From Octopus sinensis (taxonomy: Eukaryota), in the NCBI RefSeq assembly GCF_006345805.1, contig NC_043007.1, forward strand, positions 29,326,001-29,390,000: DNA of 64,000 nucleotides, written 5' to 3'. The position numbers and the translations under genes are program-made. Below, in pieces: positions 25,135 to 38,655 of this stretch. The notes beneath the pieces are model-generated. The model was not told where the DNA came from, did not search any database, and saw only the letters and a program-made list of their open reading frames with translations. Numbering within the stretch: position 1 is the first letter of the stretch; each line of letters begins with the position of its first letter.

Positions 25135-26018
25135 TAATAATAGTAATAATAATAACAACAACTTCAATTAATAATGCCGTGTCTTTTGATTTAATTAAAC
25201 AATCACTCTCTTTGCTGAAAATGTAAATTTGTGAAAGGCAGAATTACAGAAAGATGCAAAGAAAAAAAGAAATTGTTGAATTGGAAACATCCAAATTGCT
25301 GATTCTTTAGAATTTACAGTTTATCTAAAATCTTAAAGTTTTGGTGGTACCACAGTTATTACTGGTTAGGAAGTCAGGTGAATGTTGCATGCTGGGATTT
25401 GTCATAGGTGCAAATAGAAGCCTTTTAAACTACAAACGTCCACCTTATTCTTTTAGGTACTTTGTGGAGAAGGCCCTCGATTGTGCTTGCTGAGTAGCAA
25501 TATTGAAGCTCTGATAAAGCTATAGGCTGTTTGCAAGTATTCAACTATGAGCGCATTGCATCTTATAGCAGAAACAAATGTAAGCCAATGAAGTCCCTGA
25601 CATAATTCCACATTCCCTTGTCTTTCTCTCAATTTCTTATCACTGCTGCTCTGTACTCGATTGACACTTTGTGTCTGAGGCAGACGTATATTGAGTTCTA
25701 ACACCAGGCTGGTTATTAATATTGCAATGCCTTAGTCTCTTGGTTGGGGACAGCTGACACTTTCCCTCATCCCCAGCAAAGTAAGCCGAAACTTTTCATC
25801 AAGTAATAATAATATTTTCAAACTTTTGCACAGGGCCAGCAATTTAGAGGGTTAAGTCAATTATATCAACCCCAGTGATCAACTGGTACTTCTTTTATTG
25901 ACTCCAAGTGGATGAAAGGCAAAGTCGACTTTGGTGGAATTTGAACTCAAAACAAAGGTGGACAAAATGTCACTAAGCATTTTACTCATTGTGCTAACGA
26001 TTCTGCCAGCTGGCCACC

Positions 26019-26060
<42 letters not shown>

Positions 26061-27124
26061 TATCTTCATCCTCATCATCATCATCATCATCATATATATA
26101 TATGTATATATATGTATGCATGAGTGTGTGTATGTGGGGTGTGAGTATACATAGCAATGCAACTCCCACATGCAACACCCTCACCATTCCAGTGTCTGCT
26201 GTCTGCTGTTATATCCTATCTACTTCTGTTTTGTCTGCTATAGTACCATGTTACACAATGCTATTTGTCAGAAGTACCAAGACCAACTTAAATATTCCTT
26301 GAACATCCAAACTAGTCTTCTCACTTCTTCACACCAGAACATTTTGTACTCTTCCCAGCAATTACACCTCTGGCATAGACTCTAACTTTGGTTTATTCTG
26401 ATTGAGGCAGACCCTCATTAGTCTCCTGTGATTCTGGAATTTCCTGTAATTATTCGGTGGACAATTCCATAGTTGAAACAAATTTGGTCAGTCTGTGTTT
26501 TTGAAATTGGTTGATTCTTGTCTGTTTAGGAAAATAGAGCAACTATATTTGTGCCGAATAATTCTGATTCTTTGGAATGGAATGGAAATGAAGTGGAGTG
26601 ATTGGGGCAGCAGTTCCCAACATATAAGCATCATTGAAGAATTCTCAAAGGGTTGCAAAGACAAAAGTTTTTACTTTTAAACATTTGATAAATGTAATGT
26701 TCATCAATATGTTATACTATAAGCAGGAGGCATGAAAGCCACAGCACAACATCACGAAAGCTGAAGAATATTTCCACTGGACCAGACACGCATGATGAGT
26801 GTGACCCTTTAGAATTTATCAATTAAGGTGAGAGAGATAAATCGATTGGATAGAATGTGTGATGATGGCAAAATGCTGGGAGCTGCTGGTTTCATGTTTG
26901 AGAACTTCCTTTAGAGTCGGCAGTTAACATTTAACGAGGGTGCCTTCAAGAACCAGTCTGTGGTACCACATGTTTAATGTGTCAGGATCCATAGAGTCAG
27001 TGGTTAATTTTTGTTTCTGTAGTATTAAACGGATGAGAGGCGAACTCCTCCTGGAGAGGATGCTAAGATGCTACAGTTTAGAAAAGTGAAAAGATCAATG
27101 TAAAAGCTGTTTTGTATTGTATAG

Positions 27125-27400
27125 AAAATTGTCATAGTTGCTATGGTTGAGTCATAGTTGCTTTGACAGAATCATAGTTGCTGTGATAGGGTTATGTTAT
27201 AAATGTGTAGAAGATGGCCATAATTGCTATAACAAGATCATAGTGGCTATAATACAGTCATAGTTGCTATAACAAGATCATAGTGGCTATAACAGGGTCA
27301 TAGTTGCTATAACAGAGCGACAACAAGGTTGTCATATATGTACAGTAAAAGATCATAGTTGCTATAAAATAGTCATTGATTCTATGACAAAGTTATGACA
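27125..27400. repeat. Degenerate 20-bp minisatellite (TCATAGTTGCTATAACAAGG)
   Basis: About 10 units; a related segment lies near 29940-30040. Confidence 0.8.
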
Positions 27401-28447
27401 TTATTTATGCAGAGTTACTCTCTACAAAACCAACAAATGTTACAAGATTCTTTGAAAAGGACTCAAATGTTGGAATTGGTTTTTAAATATCAATTAATTC
27501 TCCTTCCCAGACAACAACGGTCCTTCCTTGATAAGGTCCTGCAGGTTTCTCTGTTCTCTTCATATTTACTTTAAACCCAAATACTTCCCTTCATCCAATG
27601 GCTACAGACTTCTGCATTCATCCAAGCTGTTGCCTTCTCCTTCAATTGCGAGGAGTTATGGTAATTCTGTTGCCTGAAATGTTCGGTGGGAGAAAGGAGG
27701 AATATATTTCAGGAAGGGACGAAGGTCTAGCACAGGCAGCTCCCCCTGGTGGGTGCAGAACTGGACTCAGCAGTGTAAGACACTTGTTAGTTACACAGGC
27801 CACACTTATCAAGTATAGTACCATACTGTGGCACCTACTATGGCTTGGTACCTACTTACAACCAGGTACCATACTATGGTACTTATATACAGCTAGGTAC
27901 TCTACTGCTGAGGACACACTAGCCCATAATCTTCTTTGTAGTTCAGCAAAATAAGTACCAGTTATAACATGGGGTTTGATTTGACCTTATGCCTGGGAAG
28001 GGAGTTATTATTACCATAGAGAAATATTGGACGGTATGAGATACAACAATCCAAAATGACCGATTCCTCCAAGAAGCTCTTTTCACAATTAGATTCCTTT
28101 TCCTAAGTTTCGGTATAAAATAGCAATAAAGATGATGGGAAGGGGGTGGCCAAGAATGGTGTTTGATGGGGTTAAAAGGGGAAGGGTGGATGTGATAAGG
28201 GAGGGGGTTAAATAGGAATCAGCTGTAACATTTGAAGGGGTTTAAATGGGGTCAAATATGACATTCAATGGGGTTAAAGGTTAAGTTCAGATATAAAACA
28301 ACAGTTTTGTTACTAAAGATTTAAGAAAATATATTCAATGGATTATTGGTTTTGTTTTTCATTTGTCACATTAATGTTAAAGTAGCCATAGGTAAAGGTA
28401 TATACTTACATTGTTTATATACACACATATATATATATACTATATAA

Positions 28448-28504
<57 letters not shown>

Positions 28505-28788
28505 CATACATGCATATATATATATGTATTTATACATACATATATATATATGTATATATATATGTACTCACAAACAGACATACAACAATATATGTTTAGA
28601 TATAAACATAAATTAATGTATGTGAATGTAGATACAAACACACAAATATACACATACACACACACACACATATATATATATACATATACACACAAATAGA
28701 CTTACAGCAAAACATATTGAGACGTAGACATAAATTAATGTATGTGCATGTAGATACAAATACACACAAATATACTCATTAATATATA

Positions 28789-28843
<55 letters not shown>

Positions 28844-28889
28844 ATATATATATATGTACATGTATATATATATATACATGTACATATAT

Positions 28890-28939
<50 letters not shown>

Positions 28940-29016
28940 TTAAAGATGTATTAAAGAATTTTCTTTGTCTTCTTTTCATTGTGTGTTTGTGTGTGTGTAT
29001 ATATATATATATATAT

Positions 29017-29058
<42 letters not shown>

Positions 29059-29338
29059 GGAGAAAGAGATTTGGTTTCATCTTAGAAACTTCTCAGAAAC
29101 AGAGAAGCAGGGAGTTTCCAATTTAGAAACTGGATTCTTTCATTGAAATTTATTTAAAGGACGTCAGGTGGGACCCCATTGTATTTGTATGTATGTATGT
29201 ATATACATGTATATGCATAGGTGTATATATATATGTATATGTATTTTTTTGTATCCGTACTTATTTATGTTTGTGTAGATGTAAGTTTGCATGCTTTCTT
29301 GTCAAACAGAATTTTATGTGTAGAGACATTGATGCATG

Positions 29339-29387
<49 letters not shown>

Positions 29388-30187
29388 GTACATATATGCG
29401 TGCGTGTGTGTGTGTATGTGTGATATATATCTAAATATATATATATATATATATGTATATCTATATATGTATGAAATGTATGCATACAGGTATGCATACA
29501 ACCAACCAAGTGCCTTTCAATAGTAATTTGCTGATTAGCCAGGTGCCTTTTGGTGTTTGTGAAGCCCAACTCCTCAGAAATGCTGTGGAAGCAGTTCTTT
29601 CACTTCGTCCCTTATTAATTCCTGGGATGGATGTTGCTATGTACAAGACAAACACACACACACACACAACACACAACACACAACACACACACACACACAA
29701 ATACATACACACACAAACACACGTATACACGCTAGTTGTTGCAGCAAATTTGAATATAATAAACATATAGATGCGCACGCACAGACACATGCATGGCTAC
29801 ATGTGTATAACTATCTATATATCTATCTATCTGTCTATATATGTAAATTTTATATATCTATGTCTGTCTAGCTATATGTGTGCATACATATGTGTGTGTG
29901 TGTGTGTGTGTTTGGAGCTAACTCTTTTTTCTAATGTCGCAACAAATAGTAACTACAGTGACAGTCACTATGGTTACAAGAGGGACAAATTTTATGGTTG
30001 CTATAACGACAATTACAATCGCCATAGTAACTGCAGGATAAAGTGTTACACCTTCTAGGAAGCAAGAAAACTCTCTCTCTCTCTCTCTCTCGCCCTTTAT
30101 CCCTTTCACATACACACATACATGCACTATGATATACATATATGCATATAAATATGTGTGTGTGTGTGTATATATATATATAGAAAT

Positions 30188-30218
<31 letters not shown>

Positions 30219-30318
30219 CACACACATATATATATATACATACGTATAAACATGTGTGTATATATATATATATATACACATATATTTATATATACATATG
30301 TATATACAGATATGTTAA

Positions 30319-30351
<33 letters not shown>

Positions 30352-30576
30352 CATATACATATACACACACAGACACACATATGTATATACATATACACAC
30401 ACATATATATATATAAACATATATACATATGTATATAGTTATACATACATTATATATATATATATGCACACACACATATATATATGTATATATGTATGTA
30501 TGTTATATATATATATATATATATATTTATAAATGTCTATATATATGTTTATATATATATATATATATATATATTA

Positions 30577-30617
<41 letters not shown>

Positions 30618-30639
30618 TTATATATATATATACATACAT

Positions 30640-30850
30640 ACATGTATGCTCGTGTGTTTGTGTGTCTGTGTTTGTCCCCCCACCATCGCTTGACAACTGA
30701 TGTCGGTGTATTTACATCCCCATAACTTAGTGGTTTGGCAAAAGAGACTGATAGAACAAGCACAAGGCTTACAAAGAATAAGTCCTGGGGTCGATTTCTT
30801 CGACTAAAGGTGGTGCTCCAGCATGGCTGCACTCAAATGACATATATACA
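30640..30850 (+). mobile_element. SINE family A, 3' half
   Basis: tgtccccccaccatcgcttgacaac...gtgctccagcatggctgcactcaaatga. Confidence 0.75.
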
Positions 30851-30953
30851 CCTACACACATGTATGTGTATAAATGCACAGGCCTACATTCATTTGCACA
30901 CAATGCACTTTGCATGTAAAGTAAATGGTAAATGTATTCTAGAAGCACAGAGT

Positions 30954-31013
<60 letters not shown>

Positions 31014-31053
31014 GTAGAAATATATTCTCTCTTATCTAACTGAATAAACAAGC

Positions 31054-31102
<49 letters not shown>

Positions 31103-31845
31103 AATGGCTGTTTAGCCGAAGGTAGGATTCTGAAAGACAGAAGGCGGTGAGCTGGCAGAAACGTTAGCCCCTTGTGTTTAGCCCCTTGTGGGCAATAAAG
31201 AAATAGGTTCTGAAGGACAGACCTACAGTCATAGAGATCCCATCCATGCCCATCGTGTATTTGATTGTTGAGGATAGGGCATAGTGCGGGGGGCCTAGGG
31301 TTCTTGTTATTGTTTAGCCCCAGGTCAGCCCTGATTCAACAGACATCTAATCAAAGGTGTTCCTGCCATGACCAGTTGCCTAAGTATGTATATTCGTATA
31401 TGTATGTTTGTGTGTGTGCATATTATATTTTGGGATTAGAAAGAATGAAACTAGAATTAAAAGATATTTAATCATGTTCCCCATGGCAACCTTTTTGCTG
31501 TCCTTAACAAGACAATCCAAATGGAACCCATCACCTCAGATAGATTGGAAAAGTCTAACTGGTTCAACTGAAGCAAATTGTACATTACTGAAGGATGTTG
31601 ATGCTGTTGTTTAGTGCCATGCTAGTCCTATGATCATAGATGCTCCAACCATGACCACCTCACCTTTTTCTACACAAGGAACTGACTACATTGTGTAGTG
31701 TGTCTTGACTTTCTTTCAGATAATAGGGGTTTTGAGGAAATTCAGTTGCTATTTCTAGCATGTCAAGCAACCTCATACAGGTTCACAATGTATTGGTTGC
31801 TAGGATTAATAATTGGTTGCTAGGGGAGAGAATACTTTGCTTGTT

Positions 31846-32039
31846 ACTCTTTTACTTGTTTTGGTCATTTGACTGCAGCCATGCTGGAGCACTGCCTTTT
31901 AGTTGAGCAAATCAACCCCAGGACTATTCTTTGGAAGCCTAGTACTTATTCTATTGGTCTGTTTTGCTGAACCTCTAAGTTACGGGGACGTAAACACATC
32001 ACCATCGGTTGTCAAGCGATGTTGGGAGGACAAACACAG

Positions 32040-32080
<41 letters not shown>

Positions 32081-32283
32081 CATATATATGACGGGCTTCT
32101 TTCAGTTTCTGTCTACCAAATCCACTCACAAGGCTTTGGTTGGCCCAAGGCTGTAGTAGAAGACACTTGCCCAAGGTGCTATGCAGTGGGACTGAACCCG
32201 GAACCATGTGGTTGGTAAGCAAGCTACTTACCAACCATGTGGTTGGTAAGCAAGCTACTTACCACACAGCCATTCCTGCACCT
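31846..32283 (-). mobile_element. SINE family A copy with a 31-bp tandem duplication in its head
   Basis: Colinear with 2270-2667. Confidence 0.85.
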
Positions 32284-32959
32284 AGAAGTTGTGAAAATGT
32301 TTTGAAAGTGAAAATATTGAAAGCTGGGAACAGGATTTGTAGAACGGTTATTCCAAGAAATTCTACTTTCTGACTCAAAAAATTAACTAAATATTACAGA
32401 CTACTACTACTACTACTATTACTACTACTACTACTACTACTACTACTACACACACACACACACACACACAGTGACTAGGTTTCAAATTTCAGCACAAGGC
32501 CAGCAATTTCAGGGGGAGGAGGGTAAGTTGATGACATCGACCCCAGTGCACAACTGGTATTTGATTTATCAACTCTGAAAGGACGAAAGGCAAAGTCAGT
32601 CTTGGTAGAATTTGAACTTGGGAACGTAAAGATGGATGGAATCCTGCCAGGCATTTTGCTTGGCATTCTAGTAATTCTATCAGCTTTTGGCATTTTATGC
32701 ACAATAAAAACATGGCCAAGATGTTATTTTCATCAACTTTAAGCTGCTGTAACCCCAGATACAAATAAAGGCAAAATCCACAACTAAACATGGGTCATAA
32801 TTATAATTAGTAACTACAGAAAAAAATTGTGAAACATGTTAGAATTTGAGGATCTATACAACCCACTCTGGCTTGAGAAATGTATGGAAAATGTATAATT
32901 TTACTGGGAGATGTGATTGAAAAACTCTCTTCATGGAATGCAAATCTCTCTCTCTCTAC

Positions 32960-33003
<44 letters not shown>

Positions 33004-33147
33004 CTCTTTTTATTTGTCTTTGTCAGTTATTTCCTTTTAGTCATTCTCTAAGGTACTATGTACATATTTACATGTGCTTGGATACATATATGTGTGTATA
33101 TTTATGTATGTGTATATGTGTGTGTGTGTAGGTATGTAAATTTATGC

Positions 33148-33189
<42 letters not shown>

Positions 33190-33238
33190 TAGCTTGTATA
33201 TATATTCAAATATATACACATACACACACATATATGTA

Positions 33239-33283
<45 letters not shown>

Positions 33284-33427
33284 ATACATACATATATGTT
33301 GTACACATTTATGGGGTTCAGTATATTTGCAGATTTTTGGTGTAAATCTACATACAAGTTTTTCTATATTCAGGTTCGTGTATGTAAGTGGGATCATGAT
33401 ACAATAAAAAAACAAAAAACAAAACAA

Positions 33428-33474
<47 letters not shown>

Positions 33475-33639
33475 ACACACAGATATATATATATATGCAT
33501 ATATATGTATATACATGTTTAAATTTATATTTAATATATACATCCATTTATAAATGTGTTATTGTTATTTTTAATGCTTCTCATGTTTATACAATTCACT
33601 TTTTCATTGTATGTGTATGTATTATATGTATAAATATGT

Positions 33640-33716
<77 letters not shown>

Positions 33717-34945
33717 ATATATGTGTGTGTGTGTGTGTTTACATGTGTATGTGTGTATACGTATATATATATACACCACACATATGTATATGTACATATT
33801 CATATAAATACACACACACAAGAAGTTAAAAATTTGCTTAAAGGAAACTTATTTACATTTATTTAACCAGTTTTCACGATTTCCATGGATTTCATGGTTT
33901 TCCAGTGTAGAGGAATATATTTTAGATCTTTTCCATATTTGTGTAGACTAAATTTTCTCCGGGTGTTCCAAACAAATGGTTGGTGAAGCAGTTCTTTATA
34001 TTTGACAGAGCATGATAACCAGGAAAGTAGGTTGGTTGTTTTTATGCTTGATTGCTTTTCCCTTTTAAAGGTATGAAACTGACCAAGCAAAACCTCAAAA
34101 AACTAGGTTACCTTGACAGTTAGTACTCTCAATTGAATACAAAAACTGCCTCACGAATCATCCGTGATGAATACCCAGTGAGAATATAGTGATATAAACT
34201 CAGGATCTATTTCCCTACGTATGAAGACCATGAAAATCCAGAAAATTGGGAAACGGGTTAAGTCAGTGGAAATAGATTTTCTTAAAGTGCTTTTTCAACT
34301 TCTCACTCTTTTATATGTTTCTACTCATTCATGGAGAAAATACCTATTCTCCTGTGTATATATATATATATATATACATATTGTATATATATATATATAT
34401 ATTGTATGTATATGTGCTTTGGTGTGGATGTATGTGCATGTATACCTACCCAATTTAATATATACATATATGCTATGTTTAGAAAAAATATCTCTATGTT
34501 TCTACATCACACATATATATCACCAACTTTTCATTAATATTTCACAAAAATAAGAAGCATGTTCACACAAATTACCTACAATTTCACAGGAAACTTTCAT
34601 TTAACCAGTTTTTACCAAATATAAAGCTTTTCTCTCAAGATATATATATATATATATATGCTTGCATGTATGTATGTATGTATGTATGTATGTATGTATG
34701 TATGTATGTATGTATGTATGTATGTATGTATGTATGTATGTATGTATGTATGTATGTATGTATGTATGTATGTATGCATGTATGTATGTATGTCTTTATA
34801 TATGTATGTATGTATGTATGTATGCATGTATGTATGTAGTACATACGTACATATGTATGTATGTGTGTGTGTGTGTGTGTGTGCGTGTGTATACTCACAC
34901 ACAAATGTGTAAATATATGTGTATCTATATGTGTATATATATATA

Positions 34946-35133
34946 TATCTGTAAATGTAATATGTGACAATTATTCGGTTGCCATGATAAAACTCCGAGT
35001 TTCGGATGTCGGGGCAGAAACCCACATGGCTCAATAACTGAAGAGATGCCAGTGCAGGTTTCTGCTCCGACATCCGAAACTCGGAGTTTTATCATGGCAA
35101 CCGAATAATTGTCACATATTACTTTTACAGATA
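34946..35133. repeat. Foldback, 77-bp arms with 2 mismatches and a 34-nt loop
   Basis: 34946-35022 vs 35057-35133, compared base by base. Confidence 0.95.
35034..35092 (+). ncRNA. Type I hammerhead motif inside a foldback
   Basis: Stem I AUAA/UUAU; CUGAAGA 35038-35044; stem II GAUG/CAUC with one unpaired C before GAAAC (35076-35080); stem III ACU/AGU; GUU triplet. Confidence 0.55.
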
Positions 35134-35512
35134 AATTCCTCTATTTACATAATATCGAGGTCTCTTTCATTCTTTTGTTGTGATATCTTTACTACTATCA
35201 ATATATATACCTAAGTATGTTGCGTGTTTGTGTGTATATATATGTATATATATAGAGAGAGTCCTTCTAGAAATTTCTTTTGTAACAAACTCTTCATGCT
35301 TTGAAAATTTGAAAAATACATTTACTGTTAGTCTTTCTCTTCCAAATGCGATATGTTTTTTTAAGAATTTGGAAAAATATTCCACAAGTATAAATGAATG
35401 AAAAATTCTCTTTTTTGAAGTTTTTTTTTTTTCCAGCATTTTTGTTCCATAATTTTCCTTCCCATTTCAAATCTATTTTTGCAATTTAACGATTTACTTT
35501 TTCGTGTTTGTC

Positions 35513-35518
35513 TTTATT
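35513..35518 (-). terminator. Candidate poly(A) signal for the C2 gene
   Basis: TTTATT on + (AATAAA on -), about 1.07 kb beyond the stop codon. Motif only. Confidence 0.3.
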
Positions 35519-35769
35519 TATTTTTTGCTGATCATCATCCTCATTGTTGTCATTGCCTTTGTTATCATTGTTCTATTTTCATTTTGCTCTTGTTGTCGTT
35601 GAAAGGGCATATTGAGGGACAAGAGTTCAAATGTCACCTGCCCCCACAAGCTGTGTGTCATCATAGATTCCCATGATCAAACTTTCCCTATAAAGTTCAT
35701 AGTTTGCATCAGAAAATGCTTGCAACCTAATACCAGCTTCCATGCTTTATGGTAGAATTAATTATTTGG

Positions 35770-36520
35770 TAGAGAACAAGCTTTATGGTAGAGAAAAACT
35801 TTGTAGTTGGCCTAATTTTGTAGAGGAATAAATTTTGAGGTAGAAAAACTGTGGTAGACAAAATTGGTGGTAAAATGTATTTCCTGTGTAGGAAGATCTG
35901 TGGTAAAGCAAATACCAAGGTTGGGGAATACTGCACGAAGAATAAACTCTGTGGGAGAAGAGAATTGGTAGGAGAAGAAATTTTGTATTAAACATATTTT
36001 GTGGTCTCTGGTAGATGAACTTTATGGTAGAACAAATTCTGTGGCAGAAGAAACTTTGCATTAGACAGATTTTGTTGACAGAATTTGTGGTAGAACAAAC
36101 TTTGTAACAGAGTAAATTTTTGTGGCAGAAAATATACTCAGTAGAACAACTTTTTAACTGAATAAACTTTGCAGTAGATAAACTTTGTGGTTGAATAAAA
36201 TGTGACAGAGGAAAAAAGAAATGACACGGTAGAACAAACACAATGGTAGACAAACTTTGTGGTATAATAACTCTCATGTAGACAGGCTCTGTGGTAGAAC
36301 AACTCTGGCAGACAGACTCTGTGGCAGAACAACTCTGCTGTTGACAGAGTTTGTGGTAGACAGAGTTTATGATGGGGAGACTTTGTGGTGGAACAAACTT
36401 TGTGGTAGATAAACTCTGTAGAACAGACTTTTTGGTTGACAGACTTTGTGGTAGACAAATTTCATGGTTGACAAACTTTGTGGTAGAATAAAAATCTGTA
36501 GAACAAACTTCATGGTTGAA
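35770..36520. repeat. Degenerate 16-17-bp minisatellite (AAACTTTGTGGTAGAAC)
   Basis: Roughly 40-45 units by eye, starting about 70 nt past the C2-gene stop codon. Confidence 0.85.
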
Positions 36521-36586
36521 CGAAAAGAAAACAAACTACCAAAAGCTGGAGGTTTAATAATTAAGTTAGCCATTTCTAGTGGATAC

Positions 36587-36709
36587 TCAGGAATTTAATT
36601 TACTCTCTTTGATGACTGGGTGCCAATAGTCAGCAGGTCGGTGAGGATGTTCCATTATTTCGTACCAATGGCGTAGTTGTTCACCATGGCTATACCAACC
36701 TAATTCCAC
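36587..36709 (-). CDS. Synaptotagmin-like gene terminal coding exon (123 nt incl. TGA)
   Basis: tttccag| acceptor. Translates VELGWYSHGEQLRHWYEIMEHPHRPADYWHPVIKESKLNS*, the synaptotagmin-type HW.EM...P....WH.L tail. Confidence 0.92.
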   Translation of the reverse strand: MELGWYSHGEQLRHWYEIMEHPHRPADYWHPVIKESKLNS

Positions 36710-36774
36710 CTGGAAATAAACAGAGATGGATAGAATTAAATGATGCTAGCAACAGCACTGGTTAGTGTTAGTAA

Positions 36775-37020
36775 TGGTAGTGATGGTGGTGATGATGTTG
36801 ATGGTGATGGTGATGGTGGTGGTGGTGGTGGTGACGATGGTGGTGATGGTGACGGTGGTGGTGATGGTGATGATGGTGGTGATGGTGTTGTGGTGGTGGT
36901 GATGGTGACGATGGTGGTGATGGTGATGATGGTGGTGGTGATGGTGATGATGGTGGTGATGGTGTTGTGGTGGTGGTGATGGTGATGATGGTGGTGGTGA
37001 TGGTAGTGATGATGGTGGCA
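36775..37020. repeat. (GGT/GAT)n trinucleotide tract just upstream of the C2-gene terminal exon acceptor
   Basis: Seen directly. Confidence 0.95.
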
Positions 37021-37320
37021 GATTGATATTGTTTTCTTCTACAAGTAGAACACTATTTAGTAATAAAGGAAATATTATCAATTGAATTAACCTAAATATA
37101 TTACTGGTACTTATTGAACCCAATAACATGGGAATCAGTGTGAACCTTGGTCAGGAGTTCAAATCCTTTGCCAGGTGGCTGATCCTCCATTCTACCAAGC
37201 ATCTTGCACTGGCATCAACATGCCATTTAGAATTAAGGAAAAAACATCTCTTTTTCCCAGATCTCAAGAATCGATAGAACTACCATTCTTTGTCTGATAT
37301 TTGTAAGGTTAAATAGATGA

Positions 37321-37396
<76 letters not shown>

Positions 37397-37872
37397 AATC
37401 TCTTCCTGGATAGAGACAAGTCTCTTCCATGTAGCTCTTTTAGTGAAGGAATTGAATGCAGCACTGTAAACCAGTAAACCATTCATCAATTTCCTACATG
37501 TTGCAGGTTTGGTGGAGTATAATACATGTGAGAGTTTAATGCCTTGTCTAAGGTAACAACACAGCTTTGATGACAGGATTCGAACTGTTGATCCTTGCCC
37601 AAGGCCTCTTGACTTAGCCCCCCCCCCCCATTCATTCTCTCAATGCAGCCAACTGTGCCACTTTCATTTGTTGACACTAAATTCGACTTATATACTTTCC
37701 CTGCTCAGTCACGTAGCCAGATAATAGTGAAGTTGATGGAATTCCAGACATGTTAGTATAAGGATCTTGTATTGAGTACTCCTTCTGGCTATGAAACCTA
37801 GATGAATCCTTGATTCCAAAGCTGCTGCATTTAGTTATATTCATGTGAGCAAATGTTAAACTTTTTAAAATC

Positions 37873-37983
37873 AATGTTCAGTTTTGTTAGCCACAGTTAA
37901 TTAATGTTCAGTTTTGTTAGCCACAGTTAATTAATGTTCAGTTTTGTTAGCCACAGTTAATTAATGTTCAGTTTTGTTAGCCA
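37873..37983. repeat. Perfect 30-bp tandem repeat, about 3.7 copies
   Basis: AATGTTCAGTTTTGTTAGCCACAGTTAATT. Confidence 0.95.
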
Positions 37984-38270
37984 AGCATTTTCTCTCAAGT
38001 GCTAATAAGCCTGCCAGTTTGCACCTTGTTAATTTCTGTTCAATATGTCAACCACAGATGAGGAGGTGAGCTGGCAGAAGTGCTAGCACCCCGAACAAAA
38101 TGCCATTAAGCAGAGTGTGCAAACCAGAGAGGGTGGCCACGTGGATTGGGAGAAACATATACTGAAGGTATATTACATTTAAAGAAGGAGTGGTTAACCT
38201 AGCTAGTGGTTAAACCTCGTCATGCGCATGTTACGTTAGTCGTTGTTGCTCAGAGTCCAAGATGTTTTAC

Positions 38271-38476
38271 CTTGCCGATTCTGTGTGCTCCGGTCATCAT
38301 GTCTTTGTGCATCACCGTGAAGACAAACATGTGACCCAATAGTTTCGGGTTTTCTCGGTTGATATCAAAGACACACTGGTGATGCCAAGCTGGTTCCGTC
38401 ATGTTCTGACGTACTTTCGTCTTGTGTTTTGCTTCCCTCAGTCCATTCACGTACATCTCCACTTTGATGTAAGGAT
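38271..38476 (-). CDS. Synaptotagmin-like gene exon, C2B (206 nt, phase 1/0)
   Basis: ttgtag| and |gtaaaa. Translates (N)PYIKVEMYVNGLREAKHKTKVRQNMTEPAW...FVFTVMHKDMMTGAHRIGK. Confidence 0.92.
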
Positions 38477-38655
38477 CTACAAGGCAAAAACATCATCATC
38501 ATCATCGCCGTAGCAATTATCAAATAAAACGAATCTATTGCAATGGTTAGACAGGTTATCAGTTGTCGACAATTCAATTCAATTTAAATCAATTTAATTA
38601 AATTTTATGTAATTTGAAATGGAAAAAAAAAATGAAAATTACATTCGTTTCCTTG

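Larger units (their letters stand above)
28430..34950. repeat. Intergenic zone dense in compound (TA)n, (CA)n, (GA)n, (TATG)n and (CAG)n microsatellites
   Basis: Seen directly, e.g. 28430-29050, 30120-30650, 30957-31008, 33140-33820, 34630-34950. Confidence 0.9.

Noticed and set aside
27598-27954. 118-aa + strand ORF
   Set aside because: No recognisable domain; the 3' half is low-complexity GGTAC/TACT-type sequence; no splice partners found.
30957-31008. (CAG)n as a polyQ/polyA coding exon
   Set aside because: No flanking splice sites or coding context; embedded in SINE and microsatellite sequence.
28366-34970. Many YIYI / CVCV / HTHT ORFs here and at 45920-48553 and 51010-51560
   Set aside because: All are dinucleotide or tetranucleotide microsatellite translations with no splice context.
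35770-36520. Repeated CUACCAC as let-7 target sites
   Set aside because: Differs from the let-7 seed match CUACCUC at a core seed position, so it is not a canonical site.
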